From contig NC_068992.1 of NCBI RefSeq assembly GCF_001194135.2, positions 33,521,238-33,585,237 of the forward strand: DNA of 64,000 bases, given 5' to 3'. Numbering within the stretch: position 1 is the first letter of the stretch; every line of letters begins with the position of its first letter. Shown here one piece after another: positions 38,861-52,245 of this stretch. A program made the position numbers and the translations under genes. The notes under the pieces were generated by a model that saw only the letters and a list, made by a program, of their open reading frames with translations, was not told the DNA's origin and did no database searches. The stretch is from Octopus bimaculoides (taxonomy: Eukaryota).

Positions 38861-39710
38861 CAGGGTGTGGTGAATAAAGTGTCATCTAAACTATACAAAA
38901 GGAAAATAACACTGTCATCTCATTCTAAACAAATATATTTACCAAAATTACACAAAAATATCTTGAAATACTGAAAGGTAAATTTATTCAATAAAATTGC
39001 CTTTGGCTTCAACCACGACTTCCAGACGACTTTGGAATCTGCTCTAACTCTTCTGGATGGTCATCTTGTTTAAGTTGGTGAATGCTGCTATAATCCTTGC
39101 CTTCAGTTCATCTTTAGTGCTTGCTCAACTGTGCCCCACTCATAATAATCAAGGGGGTTGTAGTCTGGAGAGTTAGGTGGCCAGATGTTAGGGGTGATGT
39201 GGTCGCAGAAATTGTCCGACAGTCATGACTGGGTTCTGCTGCTTGTGTGACATGGTGCAGAGTCCTGTTGCCAGATATAAGGTCTTCCAGCAGCCACCCT
39301 CTTCACCCAGGGCAGCACTACCTCTTCCAGGCACTTGATGTAGGCCTGCGTGTTAAGTGTGAGATCGTGTGAGAAGATGAATGGAAGCATAACATCACCA
39401 TCACTAGTGATCACTCCAAACACCATGAGGTTGATTGGATATTTGATTTTTATCACTCTTGGCATTGTCCTCAGATTGACACACAACCACTCTGAAATAT
39501 ATGTATTGGAGTTTCTTGCACGAATGCTAAGCAGTACAGCATGCTGTTTCCAAATTTCTGGCAGAGTGAATTGTGTGATAGTGTTGCTTTTTTCACAGAT
39601 GATGCCCAACTGACCGCTACTAAACTGTGTAGTCAACAAAATCAAGAACAAACAATGCACTTGCATGAAATTAAAATTATAAAATGCCGACGATTTACCA
39701 TTGCACCTTG
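38861..39710 (-). mobile_element. maT-type (DD37D) Tc1/mariner, internally deleted
   Basis: QQDSAPCH..WPPNSPDYNPLDYY has 37 residues between the second and third Asp. Also LMVFGVITSDG. The ends cagggtg / caccttg form a degenerate TIR. Confidence 0.85.
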
Positions 39711-40100
39711 TATATATATATATATTAGTATATTTATTATTTGATTTTCCTTTCTATTCAAATATTCATTTATGCATGAAAATTTATATTCACTAATTTT
39801 GTGGCACAGGTACCATGTCAAGAACACTGGTGCTGGTGCCACATAAAAAGCACCCAGTACACTGTTGTGTGGTTGGAATTAAGAAGGGCATCTAATCATA
39901 GAACCCATGCCAGAACAGACAATGGAACCTGATGTAGCCACTGACCTTACCAGCTCTGGTGAAACTGTCCAACCCATGCCAGCATGGAAAACGGATGTTA
40001 AATGATGTATTTTGGTTTCTATTATACTGTAATAACAATCAGTGTTAACTCATCACTGGGTTTACATAACCATCATAATTCCTATGCATAATTGATTTAA

Positions 40101-40150
<50 letters not shown>

Positions 40151-40524
40151 CGTAACCATTACCTTAACTACTATCAGTGGTGGCAGTGTTTAAATATTCA
40201 CCTTTCAATTCTGACATGGATCAAGCAAAAACTTTGGAGACAAATTTCTTTGCTGCCATATGCTCTTCCTAATGCAAATCCTCACCTGTTTCCAAGTAAG
40301 GTAATAAATATTTCTACATGTTCTTTGAAGAATGATCAACTCAGTGGCAAGACATGTTTTTGAAGAGAATTGGAGAAAATGACACTGTTTGTATGACAGT
40401 AACTTTTGTCTTATATAAGTCAAGACAAGGAAAAACACACTCACTCACATCCCTAGACACACAAATACTTTATATCTACTATGCCAGTATGAAAAATGAA
40501 CATTAAATGAAGATGACAACATGC

Positions 40525-40564
<40 letters not shown>

Positions 40565-41567
40565 ACACATACACGTGTGTATGCATATGCAGAAAGATAT
40601 ATATATATATTTAATTTACATCACATTTTTTTAAAGTTATTTCTACAGATTTTCTACAGAATTGAGAGTCAGCACTGAAAGTTATGATACTTTGTTTACA
40701 TAGACGTCTATGTAAACAGTGCAATCGAAAACAGAAACAAATAGGTAATGAGTGTATATGCATATTTCAGGAACTCTTGCTTCTTCTTCAGCTAGTTATA
40801 ATTTCTATAAAAAATATTCAAAAGAAATTACTTAATTGCTCTGCAAACACAGGTAGGGGCACCATATTGACTTATAAGCCTTTAATATAATTGGTAGTAT
40901 ATTATGGATGCATAACAAATTGTCCCTACCAGCAATTAACATATATTCATATATTCTTATGGCTGAAACAGTGGTAGAATTTGGAAAGAAGCGCCAGGTG
41001 TGGAAATAAAACCTGGAATCAAAGGGCCTTAAAATCAACTTAGTGAAGACAGGAAAGTAGATGAGACACTAATTCTTTTGAGTAAATGGCTCTGTCCAAT
41101 ATGTAGAAAAGAAGTAGGTAGAGATTCCATATGGTGAACTCAATGCTAATTATGGGTACATTTGTGCAGTGGCAGACTGGGTCTAAAAATATTGGTTGCT
41201 AGGAGAATAAGGGGGCCTGTCTGCAATGGTTGATATGACTTTAAACCAGATGAATAGCATTGTTCACCCTCACGACATTATATTTTTATGAAAAATTTTT
41301 TGGAAAATTCATGATTTTTTTTTCACCTCAGCCCCATCCTCCTGGCCAATATCAGCCAAGTTTTTTGGCACTACGCACTTCAAAAACATGAGAAGCCATT
41401 TCGGTGGAAACAAAAAATGTAAATATTTTCAAACATAAAGGTATGTGATTTAAGGGCGATTTGGCTATTGTTTCTAGTACATCCTCATTTCTTTGTCACT
41501 GTTACATGTATTGAAATTTTTCCATAACTTTCTTCCCATAAGCACATTTTATGGAATGACAGCTTCC

Positions 41568-43212
41568 AAAATGACAGCTTCCAAATCCTGTTTCCTAATT
41601 GGGGAAAATTATCAAACTTTAAGCCTCTATAACATTTTCAAAACATTTTTCTGGAAAAAGTGAAACAACTCTAGCAATTTAGCTTGAAATAGTACATTAT
41701 TATGCCAAATTAAAAAATTTTCAATTAACTTTAATTTTTGAAATGTTGGTAGCCAAACCATCTTCAATCCTCTCACCCCCAATTTCTTGAATCAGTCATA
41801 TTTTTAAAATAAATTTGGGGATTCCTTTACAATTTCTGTCAAAATTCTGACGATAGTTATATAAATAGGCATAGAAAAGCATACTGAAGCATCCAGTTAA
41901 TCTTTATTGCAGTAAATAAACCTATTTCAGCTAAAACATATATAATTGAATACGTAATAAACAATAGATAATTTTTTTTATTTCAACTGTCCTGAAAGGA
42001 GGACAGTGGGTTAATATGAGTTAAGCATTCACACAGAGTAAACTTCATGAATTTGACTAATAATATTGTTGAAAACATTACCATTGGCATATTTTTGTTG
42101 CTACACAAGCTCGACCAAATAAGTGTCAAGGAGTAAATGTGAAGTTCCACTCTCCTTGTTCCTTCACTTTACCCTCATCCACAGATTTCCAGCTGTATTA
42201 GTGTCGGCTCATCATAGGATCCACGAAATTCATTTGATGATTCGCTGTCAGATGTTGGAATCCTCTGTTACCAATGGTGTTGTATGCTCACCACAGATCT
42301 GACACCGCAGCGGTTCCTGGTCTCATGTACTTGTCGAACACAAGTAAAAGAGTGTTGGTATCCCTTTTCGCCACTACCTCAAGGAAACACACCTTACTTG
42401 TTTTATCAATGTCACCAAAAACCCACTGTTGTGTCAATCTGCTAACATAACCCTTTCTCCATGTAAATACAGACTCATCAATCTGAACCTCTTGCCCAGG
42501 GCCACCAAGTAATATATGATCCATTAATAATTCCTCTGTGCATATGTCACAGAGGAAATTCTTCCAATTACAAACAGCCTCATTATTCCATCCCAGCTCC
42601 TGTTGACATTTTCTTTGAGATACTTTTACATATGCCCAGAAGTAGATGAACATTAAAACTTCTCTTAAGTCCACAATACTATTGGCAAAGTATGTCTTTT
42701 GTTTCAAACCTTTCTCTTTTCAGCATGGCCTTCCACTTTTCCATTTCAAACTTTCCTTTGTTTTACCACCCTTTGTCAATTCCATATTTTGGTTACACAT
42801 GCAACAAACACTCACACAATGTAAGAGTCTAGTATCTTGGCAAACTATAACTGTCAATTCAACTGTTGCTGTTGAGTCAAGCAATTGACAGATATTATAG
42901 CTACTGATATCAGCTATAAAGTTCATAATTAAATAATGAAGTTAAATTGTGCTTATATACATTTTTAATAAATTTCGTTGAATGTTTGACACTAACTTCT
43001 TACGATTCTATAATGGATCTAGTCGATTTGGCTACCAGCCTTTCAAAAATATCAATTTTGTTTTAATTTGGCACTATAATGAACTTTTCCTAGCTAAATT
43101 GTTGGAGTTGCTTCACTTTTTCCAGAAAAAAAGTGTTTCTAAAAAGTCATAAAGGTTTAAAGTTTGATCATTTTCCCCTGGTCAAGAAACAGGATTTGGA
43201 AGCTGTCATTTT
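41568..43212 (-). mobile_element. Merlin (IS1595/ISXO2-like) DNA transposon with ~190-bp inverted repeats
   Basis: Disrupted transposase at ~42926-42060: CCMCNQNM, LGGPGQEVQIDES..QQWVFG..CFLEVVAKRDTNTLL..PGTAAVSDLW*AY..HLTANH..NFVDP. Inverted arms 41568-41757 and 43027-43212. Confidence 0.85.
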
Positions 43213-44907
43213 GTGCATGACAGCACGTCTTGTCAACTATAAACAAAGCAAATAAATTAGGGGGTGGGGAATTGAAATTAAAAAAATTTGTTTTGCTAAA
43301 TCATAATCTCTGATATTGAAAACACAAAGCTAAAAACATTAAACAAAAAAATTACTCATTCAAAAGTTATAGGGTGCGGGGGATTCCAAAGAAGTACCAA
43401 ATTATCTTTTAGATATCGCTTTTAAAGCATTGTGGATAAATTCCAACACAGATCTTCTCAGGCTCTCTAATATTTTAAAATCATAAACAGAATAAAAAAT
43501 GAGGTGTGAAATAGCATAAATGTGCTTAAGGAGAGAAAAATATTGAAAAACATCAATACATGTGACAGTGACAAAGGTGAATGCAGGATGTGCTAGAAAC
43601 AACAGCTTAATCTCCTTTAAATCACACACCTTTTCTTGTGAAAAAATATGGATTTTGTTTTTTACCGTAAAGGCATCTCTCATCGTTTTTAATTGCATAC
43701 TTCAAAAATAAATTGGCCAGAATTGGTCTGGATGGGTGTAAGGAGGAGAAGGGAGGGAGGTGAGAAAAAATTAGACCATGGTGAAAAAGAAACTGGAAAA
43801 TCACTGTCAAAATGGAGAAAATGCAACATGCAAGTGTTCTGATCCGAAACTGCCATTATTGAAATTAATCATTACTCATTTTGTCCCAATTTAGACATAA
43901 GTTTTTGAAAATGAAAAATTATCTAATTAGACATTAGACATGGAATCCAACAGAGAAAAGAATATTAATTGTTAAACACCAAATTTTATCCAGATATTTA
44001 ATTTGCAATCTGAATTACAATCGAGTCGAAGTTAGAAGAAAAATTTCTTGAGAGGAAAGTATCTGTCACCTGATTATGTTTCAAAACTCTCTTAACTTCA
44101 ACAACAGCTACGCTGATCAATTTTTACTCCCAAAGATGATGCAACAGAATAAATGATGCAATACTTGCAATGTAATATTTTCAAACAGGTAGGGACAAAA
44201 TAACAAGAAATCAAAAATTACCTATTCTGCCCCATAATAATTTCAAATATTTGACGAACTGGAATGGTACAAAATGACAAAAAATATTGACAAAACAAAG
44301 AAAGAAAATGTTTCAATTTAATGAAAAACATTTGAAGATATATGCAATAATTCAAAAGCCAAAAAAAAAAAAATAGTTTTAACTGTTGTGAGACGTAATT
44401 ATATAACTAAAGTTAAATTCAAAATTTACATTTTAGAACCTTTCCTATTTGTTTATTTGTAAATACCAGTTTCCACTGCCTCAGAGGAAGAATGAAATTT
44501 AAAAGTGCCAATGTATGTGTGTGTGTGCGTGTGTGTGTGTGTGCATGTGTGCCTTTAATTCCAGGGTCATTTGCTCAGTCATGCATTGAAAAGAAAAATT
44601 TGAACTTCTTTCTGTTAAACTATTTTCTATTCATTCATACTTACACACAAGCACACATGCATACACACACATGCACACAAACACGCACACACACACGCAC
44701 ACACACAAACATACACACATCCATACACTCTGTCACACATACATACATACATACAAATGTATGTCAATAATAATCTGCTTCTGGTTTTATTGCTTGTGCT
44801 GTAGAAGCTAATAAGTGCTAGGTTCAACCCAATGCCAGCCAGAGTCCCCTAAGAAAATGAATAGGAGACAGTTTTGTGTGTATGTCTGTGTGTGCTTATA
44901 TACATAC

Positions 44908-44940
<33 letters not shown>

Positions 44941-46609
44941 TATATTTATATGTATATAGCACTCCATCGGTTTCGATGACAGGGGTTCCAGTTGATCCAA
45001 TCAACGGAACAGCCTGCTCATTAATGTGCAAGTGGCTGAGCACTCAACAGACACATGTACCCTTAACGTAGTTCCCAGGTAGATTCAGCGTGACACAGTG
45101 TGTGACAAAGCTGGTACAGCAGGTACAACAGAAACAGGAAGAAAGAGTCAGAAGGAGTTGTGGTGAAAGAGTACACCAGGATTTGCCACTATCCCCTGCT
45201 GGAGACCCATGGTGCTTTAGGTGTTTTCACTCAATAACACTCACAACGCCCGGTCTGGAAATTGAAAATATGATCTTACGACCACGAGTCTGCTGCCCTA
45301 ACCACTGGACTATTGCACCTCTCTCACACACACACACACACACATATGCATATGTATGTATGTATATATGCATTGACATGTATATAAATTTAGATACACT
45401 TTATCACCACTGACTAGCTGTCTGCTGTATCATACATTTTAATTTCTATTAATCCCCTAGAGAATTCTTTGACTAACTGCTTTGCTTAATTGTTTTATTT
45501 GTTGTTTGGGTTTTTTTTCAAATTTTTATTCTTTCTCTAGCATTTCAGATAATTTCTTTGAAAGCAAAGTTTTGATTTCATGGGACCCTTACATACTTGC
45601 ATGGGCCCCCATATTTGAAATCTAATGTCTTGAAAGCCCCTCTTGCCATCGGGCAAGCTGACAAACTGGCCAGTCTGCCACTGCATATGAGTGAAATTAC
45701 ACGAAGGATAATAGAAAAGTAGGCTTTGTTAATTGGCAAATGTATAGAATCACTAAACACTAAAAGTTCATAAGAAATAGATATCAAGGAATGTCAGGAG
45801 AATCCTTATATATAGTAGATAGTTATTGTTATATTGGTGACTTAAGTAGTAATAGAGGAGTATGTTCTGGAAGGAAATTTGCTAGAATAGGAACTGGTTA
45901 GAGAGTGCTCAAAAAGCTATTACTGCTATTGGTAAGAAAAGGCCACTCAGAGTGAATAGTACATGTGTATGAACTGCAGTGCTACATGGTTGGGAAATTT
46001 GAGCCATGGATGCAGAGGATATGCAAAGACTAGAAAGAAATGTAATTAACATGCTCTGCCAGATGTGCAATGTCAGTGTGCATGTTCAACAAAGTACAAA
46101 CGTGTTGAGAGAAAAGTAAGGCATAAGAGGTATAAGGTCCAATGTACAAGAGAGAAGACTGCATTGATATAGTCATGTCATGTAGATGGATGATGATAGC
46201 TTCATAAGGAAGTGTAGATTTTTAAATGCAAAAGGAACTTGTTGAAGAGGGAGACCGAGGAAGATGTGAGATGAAATAGAGAAGACCGAACTCAAGATGT
46301 TGAGCTTTACAAAGCTGACAAAGGACAGAAATGATTGGCAATACACTCTGTTTGAGATTTGTTCATCTCAGCAAAAATGAGATCCTGTTAAACCACTCCC
46401 TCACCACCACCAACTCATCTTCTAATATCAGTTTAATTACTGCATCACACACTCAGGTTCTGTCAATGACATCATTTATTCCCCTACATTTCACACCTCC
46501 CTATTACTGTCATTTATCGCTTCCTCTTTCTCTTTCCTGTCCCACCTCTATTTCTATCACTTCTCTCAGAAACTGATAATCATCATTGACCAATGTCATC
46601 ACCCATGTG

Positions 46610-46880
46610 TCTCAGTCAGTGGGAGAGAGTGAGAGAGAGAGGGGGAGGGAGAGTGAGAGGGAAAGAAAAAATCAAGAATGAGGATAGAAACAGGTGAGTT
46701 GTTGTAGAGGAGACACATGGTTACCCAGTAAGAGGGAGAGAGAGAGTGGAAGAGAAAGAGAGAGAGTGGAAGAGAAAGAGAGAGAGTGGAAGAGAAAGAG
46801 AGAGGGAGAATGAGTGACCGAGAATGAGAGAGGGAGAGAGAGTGGAAGAGAGTGAGAGCATGAGAGTGCAAGAGAGGACA
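46610..46880. repeat. GA-rich low-complexity tract with ~20-bp units (gagagagtggaagagaaaga)
   Basis: Read directly from the sequence. Confidence 0.8.
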
Positions 46881-47239
46881 GGAAATAGACGGTGGTGAAG
46901 TGTCAGGGTATACCCTCAAGATACAGGGATTAGAATATAAATGGGATGGTAGAGTATTGCCAAGGGTGCATGAGTAGGGAGTAGGGACTTAACATAAATG
47001 TAAAGAGTGTGGTGGTGGGGAATGCAGTGACTGGTGAAACATGAGTATATAAAGGAGGTAGGGGACAATGGGAAAGAAATGATACAGTGAGCAGGGTAGT
47101 GAGGACAGAATTCGAGAGTAAGAGATAAGCATAAGTATATGCATGACAAAGAGAAAATGTGAGGAACAGAGAGAGATGTAGTTTGGATTGTTGGGGTAAG
47201 GAGTGTGAAATTTTTTTATATAGTTACATGTGGGTGGAA

Positions 47240-48400
47240 CACACAGTGTTCTGAGAGCTTAGTTTCACTGAGGTGGGCAGGTCTTCTCAAGAACCACATA
47301 TCACCAGACATCTTGGTCCATTGTCCTCTCCTCTGTTAGGCCCAACATCCTGAGATTGGTTCTCACTACTTCATTCCATGTATTTCTGGCTCTCTCTCTA
47401 CAACAGGTGCAATCAACTTTTAGCAACAGGCACTTATCTATACAGCTGTCTACATTCATACACATCACATGTCCAAACCACATAGTCTTCTCTCTTGCAT
47501 GTTGCAAATTCTTTCCGACATATTAAGCAGGGCCATTTACCTGATGGAAAGAAAGTCTTATCTGCTTTCTTACTAACAATAACTTTGGTTTCCACTAGGT
47601 TAAGTTTAAGGCTCTTTGATTCCAGGTTTTGCTTCTATACTTGGAATTTCTTTCCCAACTCTCTTACAGATTCTGAAATATGAGCAAGATCATCAGCATA
47701 TAGTAGTTCACATGAGCAGCCTGGTTTAAACTCCTCTGTTATGGCCTGGAGGATTATGATGAATAAGAGTGGACTGAGAACTGAGCCAAGGTGAATCCCC
47801 ACTTATACGCTAAATTCATCACTGTATTTATGACTGACTATCACCCTACTGACAACACCACTGTACATGGACTGTACAGCTCTAACAAGCCACTGATCTA
47901 CACATAACTTCCTTAAAGACCACCAGATAAGAGAGTAAGGGACTCTGTTAAAAGCTCTCCCCAGGTCAACAAAAGCTAAGTACAATAGCTTACTTTTGGC
48001 CAAATACTTCTCTTGCAACTGTCTCATTAGGAAGATTGCATCTGTGGTGCTCTTCCCAAGTACAAAACCAAACTTCATCTTATCTAATCTAATTCTATTC
48101 CTAATCAGTTGAACTATAACTCTCTCTGTAACTTTCATGACCTGGTCTGGCATCTTACATCTCTGTAGCTGTTTCTATCAAAGACATCACCTTTACCCTT
48201 GTAGCAGCTAACTATAATACTACACCAGTCATTTGAGATGACACTTACCTGAATAACCTGATTAACTATATGAGTGACTAGGCTGTATTCTACATCACCA
48301 GTTATTTTAATCATTTTGGCAGTGATTCCTGTTGTCAACTCTGATGACTGGTCCCTCGAAAGGCTCTCTTTTCCCCATGCGTTTTCCACATTTAGTAATT
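47240..48400 (-). mobile_element. RTE LINE RT fragment
   Basis: KSTTDAIFLMRQLQEKYLAKSKLLYLAFVDLGRAFNRVP..LYADDL, and WFGHVMCM..TWNEVVRTNL. Confidence 0.9.
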
Positions 48401-49143
48401 CTTCATAATTTTCTTTTGTGACTCACTAGGGGCAACCAAACCATTATTCAGTCACACACATTTCTCACCCACTGCATCTCTTTTCTCTCTAAAACACTGT
48501 TTTGCAATCCTGAACACCTCACAACTCTGATCTTCGGTCATGTTTCAAAAACTATGGTCTAAAATGGGGTAAAATGAGTAATGACTAATTTCAATAATTC
48601 CTTCATTTAACTTGCATGAGCTGTGAATATATCATGAAGATACATAATATATATAATATTTTATGTTGAGTTTTTTATATTCAGATAAGTTTCATTAATT
48701 TCATATCATGTACCATTTTTTCCCTGATCCCCTTTTATTTAACCTAAATATTAAAAAAATCTTTTACACTTCTGATTTTTGTGATGTGTATGAGTGTCTT
48801 CTCGAGAACTGAAGAGGCAAATTTGCCTGATCTTGGGTTACTCATTTTGCCCCAGCCAAATTTGTTTTTTATATACTCAAAAGGAACACTGATAATTTTC
48901 TGAAATAACAATCAGATTATGTCATAATGTTTTTAATGCAGTTAGGGAAGACCATTTGCTTAGCTGATATAGTTTTTGTATTGAACAAGTGAAAAAATAT
49001 ATTTTGTCTCAAAGTCAAAAATACAGTAAAAACACTTTATTTTGCCCACCACCCATCTCCTATATAATTTTTGTCTGCAAAGTTATAGAGGGAATAACAT
49101 GAGAAACAAAATGCATGCTGTCCTACAATACTGCCATTGAGTG

Positions 49144-49187
<44 letters not shown>

Positions 49188-49204
49188 ATGTGTGTGTGCT
49201 AGTG

Positions 49205-49365
49205 TGCATGACTGTGTGGGAAGAAGCTTGCTCCTCAACTATATGGTTCCGGGTTAAGCCCTGCTACATGGCATCTTGGGTAAGTGTCTTCTACTATAGC
49301 CTCAGACTGATGAAAACTTTGTGAGTGGAATTGTTAGATGGAAACTGAGAGAAGCTTGCCGTATA
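49205..49365 (+). mobile_element. SINE (56268 family)
   Basis: Matches the head and body of the family. Confidence 0.7.
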
Positions 49366-49395
49366 TATGTGTGTGTATATATGTATATATATATA

Positions 49396-49397
<2 letters not shown>

Positions 49398-49429
<32 letters not shown>

Positions 49430-49793
49430 GTTTAACGTCCGCTTTCCATGCTAGCATGGGTTGGACGATTTGACTGAGGACTGGTGCAACCGGATGGCTA
49501 CACCAGGCTCCAATCTAATTTGGCAGAGTTTCTGCAGCTGGATGCCCTTCCTAACGCCAACCACTCAGAGAGTGTAGTGGGTGCTTTTACGTGTCACCCG
49601 CACGAAAACAGCCACGCTCGAAATGGTGTCTTTTATGTGCCACCCGCACAAGAGCCAGTCCAGGGGCACTGGCAACGATCTCACTTGGCTTGCCGGGTCT
49701 TCTCACGCACAGCACATTTCCAAAGGTCTCGGTCAGTAGTCATCGCCTCAGTGAGGCCCAATGTTCGAAGGTCTTGCCTCACCACCTCAGCCC

Positions 49794-49795
<2 letters not shown>
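49398..49795 (-). mobile_element. RTE LINE 3' end, young, carrying only ~2 units of the 62-bp repeat
   Basis: TWAEVVRQDLRTLGLTEAMTTDRDLWKCAVREKTRQAK followed by the UTR and a (cat)n tail. Confidence 0.85.
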
Positions 49796-49826
<31 letters not shown>

Positions 49827-49949
49827 NNNNNNNNNNNNNNNNNNNNNNNNNNNNNNNNNNNNNNNNNNNNNNNNNNNNNNNNNNNNNNNNNNNNNNNNNN
49901 NNNNNNNNNAACAACAGACGAGGACAGGTGGTGTAAACAACAAAAGGAT

Positions 49950-50021
49950 GTATTAGTTTGACGCTCGGGAATACAGAAAGTCTTTAACGTTTCGAGCTAC
50001 GCTCTTCAACAGAAAGAATAC
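49950..50021 (-). ncRNA. Type I hammerhead-like ribozyme with a non-canonical core (CUGUUGA plus extra A)
   Basis: guauucuuu CUGUUGA A GAGC-gua-GCUC GAAA CGUU..GAGCG UC / aaacuaauac. Stem III is 5 bp, the triplet is GUC, and the predicted cut is between 49960 and 49959. Confidence 0.65.
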
Positions 50022-50093
50022 GAAGAAAACAAGAAGAAAAACACGGAGAAAAAAAATTGAATGTTTTGGTCAGTGATCAATCATGGCGACTAT

Positions 50094-50143
<50 letters not shown>

Positions 50144-50742
50144 CATGGATTCCCCTGTCATTAGACAACGTATGAGGGTTCGACAATTTCTTGCTGATCA
50201 ATCACACAGATGATTTATGTATAGTGACTAAATATTTGTGTACACAAAAGCTCACTCCTTCCATCAAATCAACTTTACCTGTACACGTGCACTATGTGCT
50301 ACATGTCACATGTCAGAAATGATTGCAGAGCGACGTGAAATGATGTGTTTTGCTCAAGAACACAGCATAACACTTGGTCTGGGAATCAAAACCACAATCT
50401 TGCAATTGTGAGTGCAACACTCTAACCACTAACCCATTTGCCCTCAAACACATACATGTGTGTGTGTGTGTATGTGTGCATGTTTGTATCTATGTGTATG
50501 TATTTATGTGGGTTTTGTTTGTCCCCTCCCACCATTGCCTGACAACTAATGTTGGTGTGTTTATGTACTCATAACTTAAAAATTCGACAAAAGTGACTGA
50601 TAGAATGATTACTAGGCTTACAAAGAATAAATCTTGGTATCAATTTTTTGACTAAAACCCTTTAAGGTAGTGCTCCAGTGTGGAGCACAACCAAGTGACT
50701 GAAACAAGTAAAAAAAATAAAAGAACATATGTATATAGATAA

Positions 50743-51617
50743 GGTCTGATCAATAAGTATACGGACTGTTACCATAGTAATGAAGCTAAATCACACGGAG
50801 TGAAGCTGCTTGGCAAAGATTGACCTTGAACTCTGCTGTGCATGCACACTAAGTTTAAACATGCTAGCTCACTTCAGCTGTTTACAGCAGTGCTTGGAAG
50901 GAAGGTGTGTAGTGTGTGATTGTTTCATTGACCTTGACAGAGAAAGTTGTCATGGCGATATTTGCTCCAAGGCTTATGCAAAGCTGGAGAATGTGTATGA
51001 GCCACACACAAGTCTATGAATGGTTCAGACATTCTCAAGATGGCCAGAAAAATATGTCAATATTGACGAATGTTCTGGGAGATCCACAACCAGCAGAACT
51101 GAGAAAAACATCATAAGGATGCATGCAGCTGTGAGGGAAAATCCTCAAATCACCATCCATGAGTCATCACAGGATGTGCAGATTAGTTACAGTTCATTTT
51201 AGCCCATTCAGTTCATACCCATTTGTGTCTGAGATGCATGTTTCCCAACTTTGTGCCAAAACTGCTTTCAGTTGATCAAAAAGATAGTTGGGTTTCAGTT
51301 GCACAAGATCTTGATTGTGTCAAGAATGATGAAAACTTTTTGAAAACATTGCATAGGTCTCTATGCAGATATTGCCAAGCTTTTGGGAAAATTTGATGCA
51401 GATTCTCTGCTCATCTTTCTCTGTCGTGGTCAGTGCAATGATTACACGCTACACACCTTCCTTCTAAGCACTGCTTTAAACAGCAGAAGTAGGTTAGAAC
51501 ATTAAATTTAGTGCACATGCACAGCAGAGTTCAAGGTCAATCTGTGCCAAGAGGCTTCACTCTGCATGCTTTAGCTTTGTTACTATGACAACAGTCCAGA
51601 TACTTATTGATCAGACC
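50743..51617. mobile_element. Mariner derivative built from two inverted 5' ends
   Basis: ggtctgatcaataagtat / atacttattgatcagacc, with homology extending more than 200 bp. The transposase N-terminus is on + (DECSGRSTTSRTE..FVPKLLSVDQK) and on - (EQRICIKFSQKLG). Junction at ~51350. Confidence 0.8.
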
Positions 51618-51654
51618 ACACACACACACACACATACATATATACATGTATATC

Positions 51655-51712
<58 letters not shown>

Positions 51713-52062
51713 ATGTAGCTCCTCTACAGCAAGACACCAGTTTTTTTCTCTCTGTCACACTCTAACCTTTCATTATCTGGCACAAGATCACGTCCTCCAA
51801 TACCCCCACCACTCTGAAAGGATCTTTGTCTTGCTAGTTATGATGTGACCCTGCCAGTGTTAGTGGCACATGAAAAGCACTCAGTTCACTCTGTAGGGTG
51901 GCTGGTGTTAAGAAGGGCATCCAGCCATAAAACCCAGTCACAGAATTGTGGTGCAGTCTTCTGCCAAGCCAGCTTCTGTCAAACAGTCCAATCCATTCAA
52001 GCATGGAAAGTGGACATTATAGAGTGAGGATTATGATGATATATACATATATACGCGTGCGT

Positions 52063-52103
<41 letters not shown>

Positions 52104-52245
52104 CAACAAATGAGATCCAGAGATATTCAGTATAGAAAACATTTAGTAGCACTCGAATGATTCAAACTTAGACTACAATGTCATTAAAAGGGATCAGTTC
52201 TGTGAGATAAAGAGTAGTTATAAGAGGAATCGAGGTGAGGAGGCT

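Noticed and set aside
40752-40795. Minus-strand CUGAAGA..GAAA with palindromic AUAUGCAUAU
   Set aside because: Stem I is only 1 bp, stem II is poor, and atatgcatat is common microsatellite-like sequence here.
41985-42015. Hairpin actgtcc/ggacagt followed by GGG-TTAA (piggyBac-like end)
   Set aside because: No partner end was found, and it may be chance or part of the Merlin interior.
48344-48372. CUGAUGA cuggucccuc GAAA ggc UC hammerhead-like string
   Set aside because: It lies within the RTE RT fragment, and neither stem I nor stem II can form.
48788-48815. CUGAAGA GGCAAAUUUGCC hairpin
   Set aside because: It is followed by UGAUC rather than GAAA, with no stem I or III.
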